From a virus (lineage: Duplodnaviria; Caudoviricetes): a stretch of 64,000 nucleotides of DNA. A program made the translations under genes and the position numbers. Every line of letters begins with the position of its first letter. Position 1 is the stretch's first letter. A model generated the notes under the pieces. It had not been told where the DNA came from. It saw only the letters and a list, made by a program, of their open reading frames with translations, and ran no database searches. The stretch covers positions 64,001 to 128,000 of IMG/VR virus record IMGVR_UViG_3300037067_003476. One strand, 5' to 3'. This document shows, in pieces, positions 19,905 to 30,932 of this stretch.

Positions 19905-22900
19905 TTACGCAAGTTGTTGCGCCGCTACGCCAAATATACGAGCGCCTTCCATATCAGAGGCGTTGGCCAAATCTCTAAGAGTTCTGTATATGATTTGTTT
20001 TGCCGCATTTTTAGCAGCATCCTCAATAGCTGGCCGTAACTCATTCTGAATAGCCTCTGTCAGACCATTAACATTAACGTTAACCTGCTGTAGTGATTCA
20101 ACCTTCAGTCCGATACCTTCTTGTATCGTCTTTGATGTATCCGCTAGTGTTTCAGTTAGCGCTTGCTGCTGTCCAGATATCTCTTGTAATGTGGCCGTAT
20201 TATCGCGAGACGCAGAAGTGTTATCTCCGATACCAGGAATTTCAATAGCCACCAATTTATCTATCGCCTCTTTGATAATCTGTGCATTTTCAGTATTTGC
20301 GGTCCCGATTGACGCTATCACTGCATCTATTCTAGAAACCAAATCTGATAGCTGACTTACCTGCTGTGTCTGTTGTTGCCCATTTATTTCTGTCCTGCTA
20401 AAACCAGCGGCTGGATCGTTTACCGGAGACAAGTTAAATAGTCCACCAAGACTTTCTTTTAGTCGACTAAACGTATCAGAAATTGTATTTGTGGACTGAA
20501 CAATATTTTGTACGGCTATGTCGCCAGACTCTCCAATTGTTACTGTTCTTCCACCGTATCCAGGGGCTGGCATTATAATACCACCACCAGTTTTTCCCGA
20601 TTGCAACTCTTCAACAAACTTATTTGGATTAAAAAGTTCTTGCGCAACAATTTGTTGTCTAGTTGTATCTATCAGTGCTGTTGGCTTATATGTCGCTGGT
20701 CCGACAGATGGTGCTGTAACAGGAACAAAACCGGTAGATGGCTGTGTTGTCGCAATATCAACTGGTCTGGATGCTGTGGCTAAGTCTGCTATGGCCGTTG
20801 TCGCCATGGTAGCAGAACGACCTAACTCGTTTATTGAATTGGTTGTTTCGGCATTGACTGTTCTTCCCTTTTCGAGAACATCAAATAACTCTGTAACGGC
20901 TGGGGTCACCTGGAATTCGTCTAGCTTCGCACCCTCACCAGCCGCTAGAATTGATAGTATCCTACTCTTGATTTCTTCTTCGGTCCCAGGAGAAATAGCA
21001 GCCCTTTCTTTTGCTAAAACATCTGCAATTGCGGCAATGCCTTCTGTTCGTGTTTTTTGTGATTGTGATTCTCGAATCTCTTGTAGCGTTGATAGATTCT
21101 TCCCAGGACCAGTAATGGCACCGCCGTAATAACCAATTCCATAAACAGCCTTACCTGGTTCTTCAACACGAATCTTTTGTTGGGACAACAACTGGTTTGC
21201 TCTGCTTTCGAGTTCTTGTACAGACAATCCGCCAAACAATGCTCGCTCAAAGCTAGTTAACTGTCCGGGTGTCATTGTTTCAAGATTGGCTTTTGTTCCA
21301 GTAAATAATGGAGTTTGTCCTATCGGGGTCTCTTTGAGACCCATTTGAATAACAGCAGACTCAAATTTGTCAACGGCTTTGCTGAATTTGTTAGCACCAA
21401 ACGGATCGTTCAGACCAGTCTCTTCGGCAATGATCCTTTCTTGTTCTATGCCTATTTGGCCAAGTTGTCTTTCCAGTAATTGGATTTGTTCTTTTGTTAG
21501 CTCTGATCGCTGCTTTGATTCTAGTCTAAAAATCTCGGTAATCGTTTCGTTAAATCCCGTTATAGCACTTTGCATCGATTCGCTAATGCCAGCAAATTGT
21601 GTTTTATCTATGGCAGTTGGTTCAACATTGATTTGTCTCTGATAGATTTCTTGTAATCTTTTTTGTGACTCTATCAGAGAGTCGGTTAATCGGCGAGATG
21701 CTTCCTTATTAACCTCAAGTGGACCGCCAGCTATCTCTTTCGCAATGCTATATGGCTGTTCGATTTGACCACGGGTTTCCCTCATTAGTCGTAGTTGCTC
21801 ATCGAGAACGGCTCTTTCTTCTTGCGTGCCAGCGGCAGATCTCCTGCCGACAAGAACCATTTCGGTCTTGCGCATTCCCTCTATTTGAGCGCCAAGCTTT
21901 GTTTGCAGATTAACCGCCTCTTCCTGCTTCGTAATTCTTTCTTGTTCAAATTGGTCGTATGACGATAACGATCTCTTTAGTGATTCTATAGCCGCCTGTA
22001 ATGCCAGAAAACGGCTTCTCGTATTTTCAAGGTCTTGAACCATTGCGATAAATGACTTTTCCATACCAGTGTCGTCTATCGTTACGCCCGTTTCAGCGGC
22101 CCTATAAATGGCATTTAGCTGACTAGCCATCTCTCTTGTAATATTTGTCATGGCCTCTTGCAACGACGGAACCAGATTGGTTGATCTCAATAGATCTGTC
22201 GGTGTTCCGGTTTCTCTCGCTGGAGTTCTAATACCTGCTCGTCTTAGCATCTCCATTGTAATTTCGAATTGTGTTTCCGGAGTATTGCCAATACCCACTT
22301 CTCGTTGTAGTTGTCGAGCTTCAAATTCCCCTCGTCTTTGCGATACCAATAACCTTGCGTTTAATTCCTGTTGTGTAATATTGACAATATCGTCTTGTGT
22401 TGGCATAATAATGCCGATATGTTTTTTAATCAGTTCGTTCATTTTATCGGTATTGATTCCGGCACCAGACAGTTCAATACCTTCGAGCATAGCAATGCCG
22501 ATATCTCTGAGCAACATACTAACACGACCCTTGAGTTTATCCGGAATCTCTTGTGATTCAATAAACCGCTGGATGGTCTCGTCTATCTGATCTTCTTCCA
22601 GTGGTGGTAAAAATTTTCCTGGCTCTAGTTTTCCAGCGGTTGTCGCCTGGGCCTGTAGGCTGGAAATACTTTCTACGAACTTCTTTGTTATTTCTACGAT
22701 ATCATTGGTTGTTTTAACGTAATTTGCCAAATCTGGCTTTGCTGTTTCTAACCCAGCCAATCTTCCAGCACCAAGCAACTCTATCGTCGCTTGTTTTTCT
22801 AGTTGCTGCGGTAGTTTTGGTGCGCTGATACCCTCTATCGACCCAGTTACAGCATCAAATGCATTGACACTGGCTGTTATGGATTTAGCTACTTCGTCGA

Positions 22901-25796
22901 CAGCCTTTCCAAGAGTAATTAATTGTCCAGGAAGAGTTGGTGGTACCAAGACCATAGATAGATTGCGCGCTGCTGTTCTAGCAGCCTCGTCAAGTCGCGA
23001 TTGACGTATGGCAGCAGCCTGTTTATCAATAGCCTCTTTGATTGCAGACCATCCACCAGCCCTTTGCAAAATCGTGTTGGTAATTTCGGTAGATAAATCC
23101 GCCGAAAATCTCATACCTCGTTGCTGTAGAAATTCTTGTACAGTACTTTGTAGGTTGCCATAGAAATCAGACCCGCTTTTTTGAACGGCAGACTCCATTA
23201 TGGTATGTAGCAAATTAAGATTCTGTCCGAAAATATCAGAAACCATTTTAGAAGCATCAATGCTTACCGCACTCGGATCAAATGCTTCTCCAATTTTTCT
23301 AATGTCAAAAGACAATATACCAGAAACCAGCGTATTTAATCTTCTACCTACTTCGGCAACGCCGCCAGCAAAACCTGAATAATATTCGACTGATTGCTTA
23401 ATGGTATTCAGGGTTGAGTCTACCAATGTTTTAAGTGCGGCATCGGTATCGGCTATGTTAGATGGATCTGGAACCTGAATCGCCTTGATTTTCGCAGCAA
23501 CCTCATCCATCTTTTCTGTTATAGCAGTCTCTACTTGGTTCGCTCTTGTAGTAGCAGCCAGACCAATTAATGCTACCGCAGCACCGGCTGGACCAGCGAA
23601 TCTGCCGATACCAGTCCCTCTCGCGCCAGGCGCAAATCCCCGAAGAGTTTGTCCAACGCTTTGACCACGCAAGATAGATAATAGACCAACAAGCATTGTG
23701 GTTGACTTAATCATTCTTCCTGTGAATTCGGCGGTAGACTTTGCCGCACCATCCAATTGATTTGAATAATTGTCAACCGCATCACCAAGAACAGACACAA
23801 CACCAAGCCCAACCAACTGTGCCGCTGGACTTTGATAAAGTGGTACGGCAGTTGGTAGCTGTCCCTCTGGTAATCCCATGCGCCTACTAGCAGCGGTTAA
23901 TCCTTGTGTTCTGCCAGACGCAAATTGTTGTCCCACTAAACCCAATAGGCCAACGCCCTGGACTCCACTTATCCCGCCAGCAGTACTTACTCGTCCAGCT
24001 AAACTCGCTAGTAGACCAACCCCCTTAACAGCAGCAGTTGCTGCACCAATAGCCAATAGTGTTTTTAGCAACGGGGATAGTACTCCCGTCAACTTAGTTG
24101 CTGCATTACCAGCACTAATCATAAATTGGATAAATGGGGTAAAGATCTCCGGAGCCAATGTTTGAACAAGTTCGTTCATCTTGGCTTTCATAACGTCTAT
24201 CTGCTTAGATAAAGCACTCATCCCCTTGGCAACGTCGTTCTGTACCGATCCAGCAGAAGACAGCGAAACGCCAAGTGCTTCATTAACAAGATTGAAGTTA
24301 TCTAATATGGCTATGACTCTGCCTATTTGTCTCAAGCCGCCGAGACTTTCTGCTATATCTCGTCGTCTCAGTTCATCTGCGCCTGCGAAGACTTTAGATG
24401 TTTGCTCTAATATTCTATACAATGACAGAACCTTACCGCTAGCATCTTCTGTTTGAACCCCAATGCTACGTAGAAATTCTAGCGTAGCTGGACGGGTAAT
24501 TCTTGCAGATATTGTTCTAAGTCCGGTACCAATTGTTTCTGCGCTTTCTTGTGTTGTTTGTTTTGCTGCGGTTATGATAGCCAAGAATTCGTCGATATTA
24601 CCACCAAGAGCAGACCATGCACCTCCACCACGCTTAATAGCCTCTATAAGATCTCCTGACGTTACCGCATATCTTTTAGCTACTTCGTTAACCTTATCGA
24701 ACACTGTTGGTATGTCTTCCGCCTCTAACTTAAACTGACCCATAATGGCGATAAGACCTTCTGTGGCCTGATCGATCCCTTCAAGAGACGGAAGCAATGG
24801 TACTTTGGAAATCATTTCTAGCGCGGCGCGCAATCTATCGCCCTCAAATCCAGCTTGCGCAAGAGTTACAGCAGCCTTGCCTAGCTCATTGGCACTGGTA
24901 CCAGTTGCGACACTTAGATCTAATATCTCGTTTCGAAGACTGACCAATTCCATTCGTGTTGGCTGAAGGGTTTGGTCTAACTTAACCATCGTTAGATCAA
25001 AATCAATTACATTTTTAGTGGCCTCTCGTATTCCGGCCAATGCCACAAATGGTATGGTGGTAGCAGCTAAAAATGCCCCGTATCTTTTTCCGGCTAGAAA
25101 TATAGAATCACCAAAATCCTTAGCAGCCATAGTGGACTTGGCCATATTGCCAGTTACAGCCGTAGCTGTTGTGGAACTAGATGCGCCAATTTTGTCGATT
25201 GTTAGCGCAGCCTGTTCCGTAGCTGCTTTTAGTTTTTCAATATTCGGTATTGTATCTGGCGAAACCACGGATGGTATGTATGGCTTAGTAGTCATGGACG
25301 GTATCTTGGGCATAGTGGTTTGCTGTGCCGCTTGTACTATTAGTGGGCCAGCCTGAGCAATAGCATCCTTTGTTGATTTCGCAGCGCTGGATATTTGTTG
25401 AATTTGGGCATTAATGTTCGCCTGAGTTGCACCAGCACCAACCACTGGAGAGACCACACCCTTGGTTGCTGCTATTGTTGGGGATATGCCTATGCCTTGT
25501 GCCTGTTTTAACTTGCCTATTAGCACATCAACAGAATTCGCAGCCTTTAGTACAGATCCCTCAACCGATACCCCAACCGATTGTGCTGCCGTTGCAAGTC
25601 CTTGCATTTGTTTGATGGCGACAGCTATTCCGGCATTAAACTTAGTGATTGACTGTAGAGCGACGGGGTTTAATCCCTTGAAACCAGACAATTTACCAAG
25701 ATCTACTCCCTTAGTAATACCAGCAAGTTGTTGCTTAATGTCAGCACCAACTATAATTGACGATATTCGTAAGCTGGAATCAAGTACGAATCCCAT
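19905..25796 (-). CDS. Tail tape measure protein
   Basis: 1963 aa, helical and Ala/Gln/Glu-rich; TP901-type core (LAQAGF, DKVNEVAKRYAVTSGDL, ESAETIGTGLRTISARI). Confidence 0.9.
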   Translation of the reverse strand: MGFVLDSSLRISSIIVGADIKQQLAGITKGVDLGKLSGFKGLNPVALQSITKFNAGIAVAIKQMQGLATAAQSVGVSVEGSVLKAANSVDVLIGKLKQAQGIGISPTIAATKGVVSPVVGAGATQANINAQIQQISSAAKSTKDAIAQAGPLIVQAAQQTTMPKIPSMTTKPYIPSVVSPDTIPNIEKLKAATEQAALTIDKIGASSSTTATAVTGNMAKSTMAAKDFGDSIFLAGKRYGAFLAATTIPFVALAGIREATKNVIDFDLTMVKLDQTLQPTRMELVSLRNEILDLSVATGTSANELGKAAVTLAQAGFEGDRLRAALEMISKVPLLPSLEGIDQATEGLIAIMGQFKLEAEDIPTVFDKVNEVAKRYAVTSGDLIEAIKRGGGAWSALGGNIDEFLAIITAAKQTTQESAETIGTGLRTISARITRPATLEFLRSIGVQTEDASGKVLSLYRILEQTSKVFAGADELRRRDIAESLGGLRQIGRVIAILDNFNLVNEALGVSLSSAGSVQNDVAKGMSALSKQIDVMKAKMNELVQTLAPEIFTPFIQFMISAGNAATKLTGVLSPLLKTLLAIGAATAAVKGVGLLASLAGRVSTAGGISGVQGVGLLGLVGQQFASGRTQGLTAASRRMGLPEGQLPTAVPLYQSPAAQLVGLGVVSVLGDAVDNYSNQLDGAAKSTAEFTGRMIKSTTMLVGLLSILRGQSVGQTLRGFAPGARGTGIGRFAGPAGAAVALIGLAATTRANQVETAITEKMDEVAAKIKAIQVPDPSNIADTDAALKTLVDSTLNTIKQSVEYYSGFAGGVAEVGRRLNTLVSGILSFDIRKIGEAFDPSAVSIDASKMVSDIFGQNLNLLHTIMESAVQKSGSDFYGNLQSTVQEFLQQRGMRFSADLSTEITNTILQRAGGWSAIKEAIDKQAAAIRQSRLDEAARTAARNLSMVLVPPTLPGQLITLGKAVDEVAKSITASVNAFDAVTGSIEGISAPKLPQQLEKQATIELLGAGRLAGLETAKPDLANYVKTTNDIVEITKKFVESISSLQAQATTAGKLEPGKFLPPLEEDQIDETIQRFIESQEIPDKLKGRVSMLLRDIGIAMLEGIELSGAGINTDKMNELIKKHIGIIMPTQDDIVNITQQELNARLLVSQRRGEFEARQLQREVGIGNTPETQFEITMEMLRRAGIRTPARETGTPTDLLRSTNLVPSLQEAMTNITREMASQLNAIYRAAETGVTIDDTGMEKSFIAMVQDLENTRSRFLALQAAIESLKRSLSSYDQFEQERITKQEEAVNLQTKLGAQIEGMRKTEMVLVGRRSAAGTQEERAVLDEQLRLMRETRGQIEQPYSIAKEIAGGPLEVNKEASRRLTDSLIESQKRLQEIYQRQINVEPTAIDKTQFAGISESMQSAITGFNETITEIFRLESKQRSELTKEQIQLLERQLGQIGIEQERIIAEETGLNDPFGANKFSKAVDKFESAVIQMGLKETPIGQTPLFTGTKANLETMTPGQLTSFERALFGGLSVQELESRANQLLSQQKIRVEEPGKAVYGIGYYGGAITGPGKNLSTLQEIRESQSQKTRTEGIAAIADVLAKERAAISPGTEEEIKSRILSILAAGEGAKLDEFQVTPAVTELFDVLEKGRTVNAETTNSINELGRSATMATTAIADLATASRPVDIATTQPSTGFVPVTAPSVGPATYKPTALIDTTRQQIVAQELFNPNKFVEELQSGKTGGGIIMPAPGYGGRTVTIGESGDIAVQNIVQSTNTISDTFSRLKESLGGLFNLSPVNDPAAGFSRTEINGQQQTQQVSQLSDLVSRIDAVIASIGTANTENAQIIKEAIDKLVAIEIPGIGDNTSASRDNTATLQEISGQQQALTETLADTSKTIQEGIGLKVESLQQVNVNVNGLTEAIQNELRPAIEDAAKNAAKQIIYRTLRDLANASDMEGARIFGVAAQQLA

Positions 25797-25802
25797 TTGA
25801 TA

Positions 25803-26669
25803 TTACCCCTTATTCCGACCCCTCTTCTTGGGTTTCGTTATGCTATCGCCGATTAGCTCTCCGGTTTCGTCGTCTATAAATGGTTTGACATCAATAACCA
25901 ATTCACCATTTACATCAACCTTGTTACCATCAACATCAACAAAATTGCCATCCTTATCGATATATCTACCATTCTCGTCAACGCGACGACCAGATCGATC
26001 TACAAAACTGCCACTTCTATCCGTTAGTCTTCCGCTTTGATCCATGAATCCATACTTCTTCATCCATTGAATTTCTGGAAGTGTGTCGGCGAACCCGTCA
26101 TCGTATCCATACATAATTTTCGCCAAAGTTGTTGCTACAAGTATAGCAACAGGTTCATCGCTCCTACTCAAATAATCGTCAACATCCATAAAATATGGAT
26201 TACCATTATCTGCCCTAATAGCACATTTGGTAATAAGCCAATTGAATCGATAGTTCTCGGCAACAGATTCCATCGTCGCACTATCAAACTGCGATCTCTT
26301 GGCATGAAGTTGCATCAATTCGTTTCGAAGATCTCCAATATGTAATGCGAAACTGCGAGCCTCTGAAAGTTTAATGCCACCCTGTTTTAACGCACACTCG
26401 CATGCTCGTATCTCGATTTGTAGCTCATTGAATCGAACCGCGTCATCTCTTGTCCACACACCCATGTTTTCAAGATGTTTGTCCAGTTCACTTCTTAACA
26501 GAAGCCTTTCATTTTTGTTTACGCCACTCCTCATAAGCTGGGCCAGTCGAAGACTGTACTGAAGTTGTGCTTCTTGCATCAACTTATGCCCAGGTTTGAC
26601 AACAACCAAGTCAACATCTTTCTCCAAGAGATCCTTGCCTGTAACATCAATTTGCTTATCCATCCTCAT
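25803..26669 (-). CDS. Putative tail assembly chaperone with DxxG heptad repeats
   Basis: Directly upstream of the tape measure gene; GRLTDRSGSFVDRSGRRVDENGRYIDKDGNFVDVDGNKVDVNG. Confidence 0.5.
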   Translation of the reverse strand: MRMDKQIDVTGKDLLEKDVDLVVVKPGHKLMQEAQLQYSLRLAQLMRSGVNKNERLLLRSELDKHLENMGVWTRDDAVRFNELQIEIRACECALKQGGIKLSEARSFALHIGDLRNELMQLHAKRSQFDSATMESVAENYRFNWLITKCAIRADNGNPYFMDVDDYLSRSDEPVAILVATTLAKIMYGYDDGFADTLPEIQWMKKYGFMDQSGRLTDRSGSFVDRSGRRVDENGRYIDKDGNFVDVDGNKVDVNGELVIDVKPFIDDETGELIGDSITKPKKRGRNKG

Positions 26670-26982
26670 TCTCTCCTATTGGTTTCAGTGACATCCTATA
26701 TCCTACGAACTCAACGGTGTGTAGGTCTATTTCCGCATTCAATGCCCTTACCTGTTTATTGCCATTATTCAAAACGCTTAACCGAAGTTGTTCCCATCTT
26801 TCTCTGTTGATTTTCTGTCGTGCTGTAATTTCATCTTCTGGCAAACCCATTCCCCACAATTCCAATCCGAATACCTGTTCAAACTCAGCTATTGGAAAAA
26901 TAAAGCTAGTGGTTATTTTCTTTGACGCTATCTGTTTTAGTCTGCCTCTTGATCGGCTATTGATCTGGTCTTTTCGATTCAT
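26656..26982 (-). CDS. Hypothetical protein (tail assembly region)
   Basis: Coupled ORF between tail tube and tape measure. Confidence 0.6.
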   Translation of the reverse strand: MNRKDQINSRSRGRLKQIASKKITTSFIFPIAEFEQVFGLELWGMGLPEDEITARQKINRERWEQLRLSVLNNGNKQVRALNAEIDLHTVEFVGYRMSLKPIGENEDG

Positions 26983-28055
26983 CTCCGAATCCTTTCTCGG
27001 GACTTCGCCATAGCCAACTCCCTCATTTCTGCCTGACTATTTGGGAGATGCGCGTCGCTAATTTCATGCGACCCACTAATTATTTCCTGGTTTCTCTTAA
27101 TTGTCCTCCTGGCCACAGGAGTATTCATGTCATAAACCCTACTGGCACTATTGCGATCTGTAACCACAAATACTTCCTGTCTCCCACTCTGTGTATTGCT
27201 TATGTTTAATATTCCCTCAGATTCTTTTTGTTTTGTACTGGAATCAGATTTTTCATTTTGTCGAATAATCCACGAGTCTAGCAGGTCGTCGTCGTTGACA
27301 ACCAGACTGCTGGGTCTATCGTATGAATCAAATACCATGTCGTATAGATGAGACCATCGAACCAACTCGGCTTGGTTATAACCCCATTCGATTGGATTGC
27401 CGTTAAAGATACGGCTAACTATTTTACCAGCATTCCACATAAATCTCCATGGATCTGTTCTTGCAATTTCTCTCAACACACGTTCAGAATATCGTGATGT
27501 AAGAAAGAAAATCGTAACAAGTTGCTTGATAATCGCATGTTCATTTGAAGTATCAATATCATCAAAAAACTTACTACCATCAACCATATGGGCTACACAC
27601 CCTATTAGATATCTTTGTTGCGCCATTGCCGAATACGACTCTATTGTGTCGTTAAGCAACGATGACCGTTGTTCGATCTTGTCAACCAACGCCTTTTCTG
27701 CCCGCCTAATTGCGCTCCTGGTTTTTTCAAGACGATCTGTGTTAAACAGGAAGTCTAACAACCCACGCTTCATTGTATAGATGTCTTTTTTCAACCCGGC
27801 TATCTGTGCGTCAAATTCGCTAGACCACGCACCAGTATTTGTATACAATGCCATTGCCTCTTCCTCTGACATAAGACCATTTGTTCGGGCGAATACATAT
27901 GCTTCGTTATATACAATTGTGGCCATAGCCAGATCTTCCGATGTTGCAGGACGCAAAATAATGGTGACGCGCGACCCGTCATTAAGGGTAGAGTTCACAG
28001 ATATTTTGCCCCATGATATCAATGCGATTAATCTTTCCCGCTCTGCGCGATCCAT
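26979..28055 (-). CDS. Putative tail assembly chaperone
   Basis: Directly after the tail tube gene; helical, with a coiled coil. Confidence 0.5.
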   Translation of the reverse strand: MDRAERERLIALISWGKISVNSTLNDGSRVTIILRPATSEDLAMATIVYNEAYVFARTNGLMSEEEAMALYTNTGAWSSEFDAQIAGLKKDIYTMKRGLLDFLFNTDRLEKTRSAIRRAEKALVDKIEQRSSLLNDTIESYSAMAQQRYLIGCVAHMVDGSKFFDDIDTSNEHAIIKQLVTIFFLTSRYSERVLREIARTDPWRFMWNAGKIVSRIFNGNPIEWGYNQAELVRWSHLYDMVFDSYDRPSSLVVNDDDLLDSWIIRQNEKSDSSTKQKESEGILNISNTQSGRQEVFVVTDRNSASRVYDMNTPVARRTIKRNQEIISGSHEISDAHLPNSQAEMRELAMAKSRERIRR

Positions 28056-28113
28056 CGTTCCTATCCCTTAAACCAACTAGACAAGTGCTGTCCAAGGTTA
28101 CTTTCCTAACTAT

Positions 28114-28121
28114 TTATACAC
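28114..28121 (-). promoter_or_regulatory. GTGTATAA motif (putative late promoter)
   Basis: Abuts the terminator U-tract; upstream of 28055. Confidence 0.6.
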
Positions 28122-28122
28122 C

Positions 28123-28154
28123 AAAAAAAGACCGGCCACTCATTGACCGGTCTT
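28123..28154 (-). terminator. Rho-independent terminator after the tail tube gene
   Basis: AAGACCGG/CCGGTCTT inverted repeat (28128-28135/28147-28154) plus T7. Confidence 0.8.
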
Positions 28155-28181
28155 CGTTGGTTCGCTGTCGTTTATTGTATA

Positions 28182-29231
28182 TTATTGATTTGCAGGATCT
28201 TCTGGGTGCGTTACATCTAGTTTGTTGAATGTTGAGAAATTGTATGTAGTAACCACGTTACCACCGCCAGCATCGCCACCGCTATATGTGGTGGACGCAA
28301 GCTTGTTCTTACCACCAAGATCGATAACAGTACCCTCTCTCATACGAACCAAAATGGTCTCGTTAGAAAGATTGGTTCCACCGACTGGATCTGCCAGCGC
28401 ATCTACGTTATCCCCTTCACTAGCGGTTACGTCGATTGCGCATGTCACTTCTACCGGGAATGTTACATATCGGTAGTACGGACCACGCTTTCCAAGCTCG
28501 AACAACTGATCTCTGCCAAGATTCGCGGTGATGGTGACTGTTTGGATATGTGCCGCATACCCGTCGCCAGAAATGGGATTTGTACCAGACGAAGTAATGC
28601 CTGGAATATTTGTTGGCCATATGGATGAATCATCTGCCTCGCCCATCAAAACGTCTTCGCGTCTTTGAACACCACCAGATGATACGATAGAGAATGGCTG
28701 GTCTGTACCGTCGAAATTGGGGTCAAAGGTAATATAACCAGATACGCCCTTCCATACTTTGTCGTTGCCGACAAGAGTAACGTCTTCTGTACAATTACCA
28801 TCGACATTGAGGGTATAGGTTAGCGCGGACAAGTACATCCCAGACATGCCAACCGAATTGATAGGAGTTCCCGATGCATTGTCGTTAGTGTCTGGATAGA
28901 TATTAAGCGCAACGAAGCATCTGTTGTTCGATCTCCCAACCAATGTGGGGGATGTAGCCTGTTGCGTGGCAAGGTGATATAGCAGTGGATACCCGTCAAG
29001 AACCTTTTGCATCGTTACCTGAATATCAGGAATACCCTCGATATTCTCGTAAAGCTCTAGTTGTCCAAGTTCAAAAACCTGTTCCAGGTTGAAAGTTGTG
29101 GTTATGTTGATATTCTGGACACCGTGTGCTGCTATAAAACCGGAAGGTGATCCTGCGTCATCTGGATCTGCAACGCCATGCGGCGCAAACCCTGGTGCAT
29201 GACAGGCGTAAAAGATACGATTATTTGTCAT
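28182..29231 (-). CDS. Major tail tube protein
   Basis: GVQNINITTTFNLEQVFELGQL and duplicated R.QLFELG motif; own promoter motif and terminator; position after neck genes. Confidence 0.7.
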   Translation of the reverse strand: MTNNRIFYACHAPGFAPHGVADPDDAGSPSGFIAAHGVQNINITTTFNLEQVFELGQLELYENIEGIPDIQVTMQKVLDGYPLLYHLATQQATSPTLVGRSNNRCFVALNIYPDTNDNASGTPINSVGMSGMYLSALTYTLNVDGNCTEDVTLVGNDKVWKGVSGYITFDPNFDGTDQPFSIVSSGGVQRREDVLMGEADDSSIWPTNIPGITSSGTNPISGDGYAAHIQTVTITANLGRDQLFELGKRGPYYRYVTFPVEVTCAIDVTASEGDNVDALADPVGGTNLSNETILVRMREGTVIDLGGKNKLASTTYSGGDAGGGNVVTTYNFSTFNKLDVTHPEDPANQ

Positions 29232-29270
29232 TTCTAGTCTCTCCTATATTTGCGTACTATCTCTCTATTT

Positions 29271-29278
29271 TTATACAC
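29271..29278 (-). promoter_or_regulatory. GTGTATAA motif (putative late promoter)
   Basis: Upstream of the tail tube gene. Confidence 0.6.
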
Positions 29279-30202
29279 TTATATACCTGGGCAATCTACT
29301 TCAATTTCCCACGTTACGCGACCACGGAATATATTAGGATTCAGCGAATCAATACGCTGGACCTTTCCGTTCATTATGCGCATCTTTTTCCAGGGCTTGC
29401 TATTCGCCATGTCAACCCAATTTGTGGCCCCAGAAACCGGGCTACCCCACTCGTCTAAGGGGTACGACATTGAGTTTAGATCAGCCATGATAAATGCCGA
29501 TCTGCTTTGGTAATCCAACCAATCCATAAGAAGATTTCTGTCAGCTTTATTATCGGCGAATACTTGTAATACTACAGTTCTACTTTTAATCTGACCACCA
29601 CCAAGAGCCAGTCCTTTTTGTGTGCCCCGGTTAACATCTATAAATATCGCTGGTAACCACACTTGCCTATCCCTATCTGGGATACCAGATGGTTCTATGC
29701 GAGACGCAAAATCAACGACGCTGTTTTGTAATAACTGGCTGTAATCGGGATGATCGGTGGATGACACAAATACCGATCTATGACAATATTCGGCTCGTAT
29801 ATCAGCGTCTGGGTCCATAGGGGTATCAAAGACAATTCTACCATGGCTATAATCTACATGATACGAGTACGGTAATTGTGAATCCGTATCGTAAAAGTTG
29901 TTGTTGATATATATACCAGAAACCCGAAACGGAGAGCCACTAATCGAGACTCCCTCTTCCCATACCCATTCGTTTCCAAATCCATTCCAAACGCGACCTT
30001 CTTCGTATCTTTGATCTAAAACAGGAAGTAGTCGAGATTCTGTGTCATTAAATGTTGAGTAAGAATCGTAGTTAATTTGAGAAAATGCGCCGTGGTGTAG
30101 TAGACCCCAATCTAGCCATAGCTTGATATTTGTGGTTAGTTGATCGGTTAATTCGTATCCCCCGAATCCGCCACTATTGATTCCCTTGAATGTTAGAGAC
30201 AT
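29279..30202 (-). CDS. Putative tail terminator / neck protein
   Basis: LPAIFID, GLALGGG, VFADNKADRN; directly upstream of the tail tube gene. Confidence 0.55.
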   Translation of the reverse strand: MSLTFKGINSGGFGGYELTDQLTTNIKLWLDWGLLHHGAFSQINYDSYSTFNDTESRLLPVLDQRYEEGRVWNGFGNEWVWEEGVSISGSPFRVSGIYINNNFYDTDSQLPYSYHVDYSHGRIVFDTPMDPDADIRAEYCHRSVFVSSTDHPDYSQLLQNSVVDFASRIEPSGIPDRDRQVWLPAIFIDVNRGTQKGLALGGGQIKSRTVVLQVFADNKADRNLLMDWLDYQSRSAFIMADLNSMSYPLDEWGSPVSGATNWVDMANSKPWKKMRIMNGKVQRIDSLNPNIFRGRVTWEIEVDCPGI

Positions 30203-30203
30203 T

Positions 30204-30932
30204 TCACACCGTTCCTATTTGGGCCAACACGATTTTAACAACATCAATTGCCACACTACTCTGGCCGATAGTATATTCAATGAAATTCGCACCAGAAATT
30301 GGTCGAGCTACATCTGGAACAACATAGCCACCTTCTCGGAATGGTGCTCCGGCTACCTGAAGAAATTCTGTACTAGCCATAATCGCTCGTCCGCTGCGAG
30401 ACCAAGACAGTAGGCTATCAAATCCGTGTCCCTTAGTGAATATGTCATATACCAGTGTTCTGCCCATCTCCATGTCATAGGCCACCTGCCCTATATCTAT
30501 ATCCGGATCAATTAGCATCCATCTTAATACGGGTATTATTTGATTCGATGGCTGGGATATATAAGACGCATTTGGTAATCCAAGATAGTCCTCCCAATAG
30601 TTGCTAGTACCATGTATCGATATCACAACATTAGACTTGCCAGGAATAATGGTAACAGATTTTTTTATCATGTCTAGCAAACCACCAACCAGCGTCGATG
30701 CCGCACCATCGCTTAGCCCAAATTCGGCCTGTAGATCAGTAGACCCAATTCCGAGCAATGATTTGATTACATCAGTTTCTCTGAGTATTTTGGATAAATG
30801 ATCACCGATAGCTCGTTGTATTATCGTCTTGCGACCATTGACTTTATTTCGAATTGCGACCATGACATCTGGCATAGCTTTTTCAAGCTGTGTCTTCAGG
30901 GGTGGTTTGATAATCAATTCAATACTAGCCAT
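30204..30932 (-). CDS. Putative neck / tail completion protein
   Basis: Synteny within the head-tail joining genes. Confidence 0.45.
   Translation of the reverse strand: MASIELIIKPPLKTQLEKAMPDVMVAIRNKVNGRKTIIQRAIGDHLSKILRETDVIKSLLGIGSTDLQAEFGLSDGAASTLVGGLLDMIKKSVTIIPGKSNVVISIHGTSNYWEDYLGLPNASYISQPSNQIIPVLRWMLIDPDIDIGQVAYDMEMGRTLVYDIFTKGHGFDSLLSWSRSGRAIMASTEFLQVAGAPFREGGYVVPDVARPISGANFIEYTIGQSSVAIDVVKIVLAQIGTV

Noticed and set aside
20508-25800. Many + strand ORFs opposite the tape measure and other structural genes
   Set aside because: Antisense shadows of long coding regions with no recognisable motifs
25803-28055. Programmed -1 frameshift in tail chaperone genes
   Set aside because: No XXXYYYZ slippery heptamer seen near the ORF ends; each ORF has its own start
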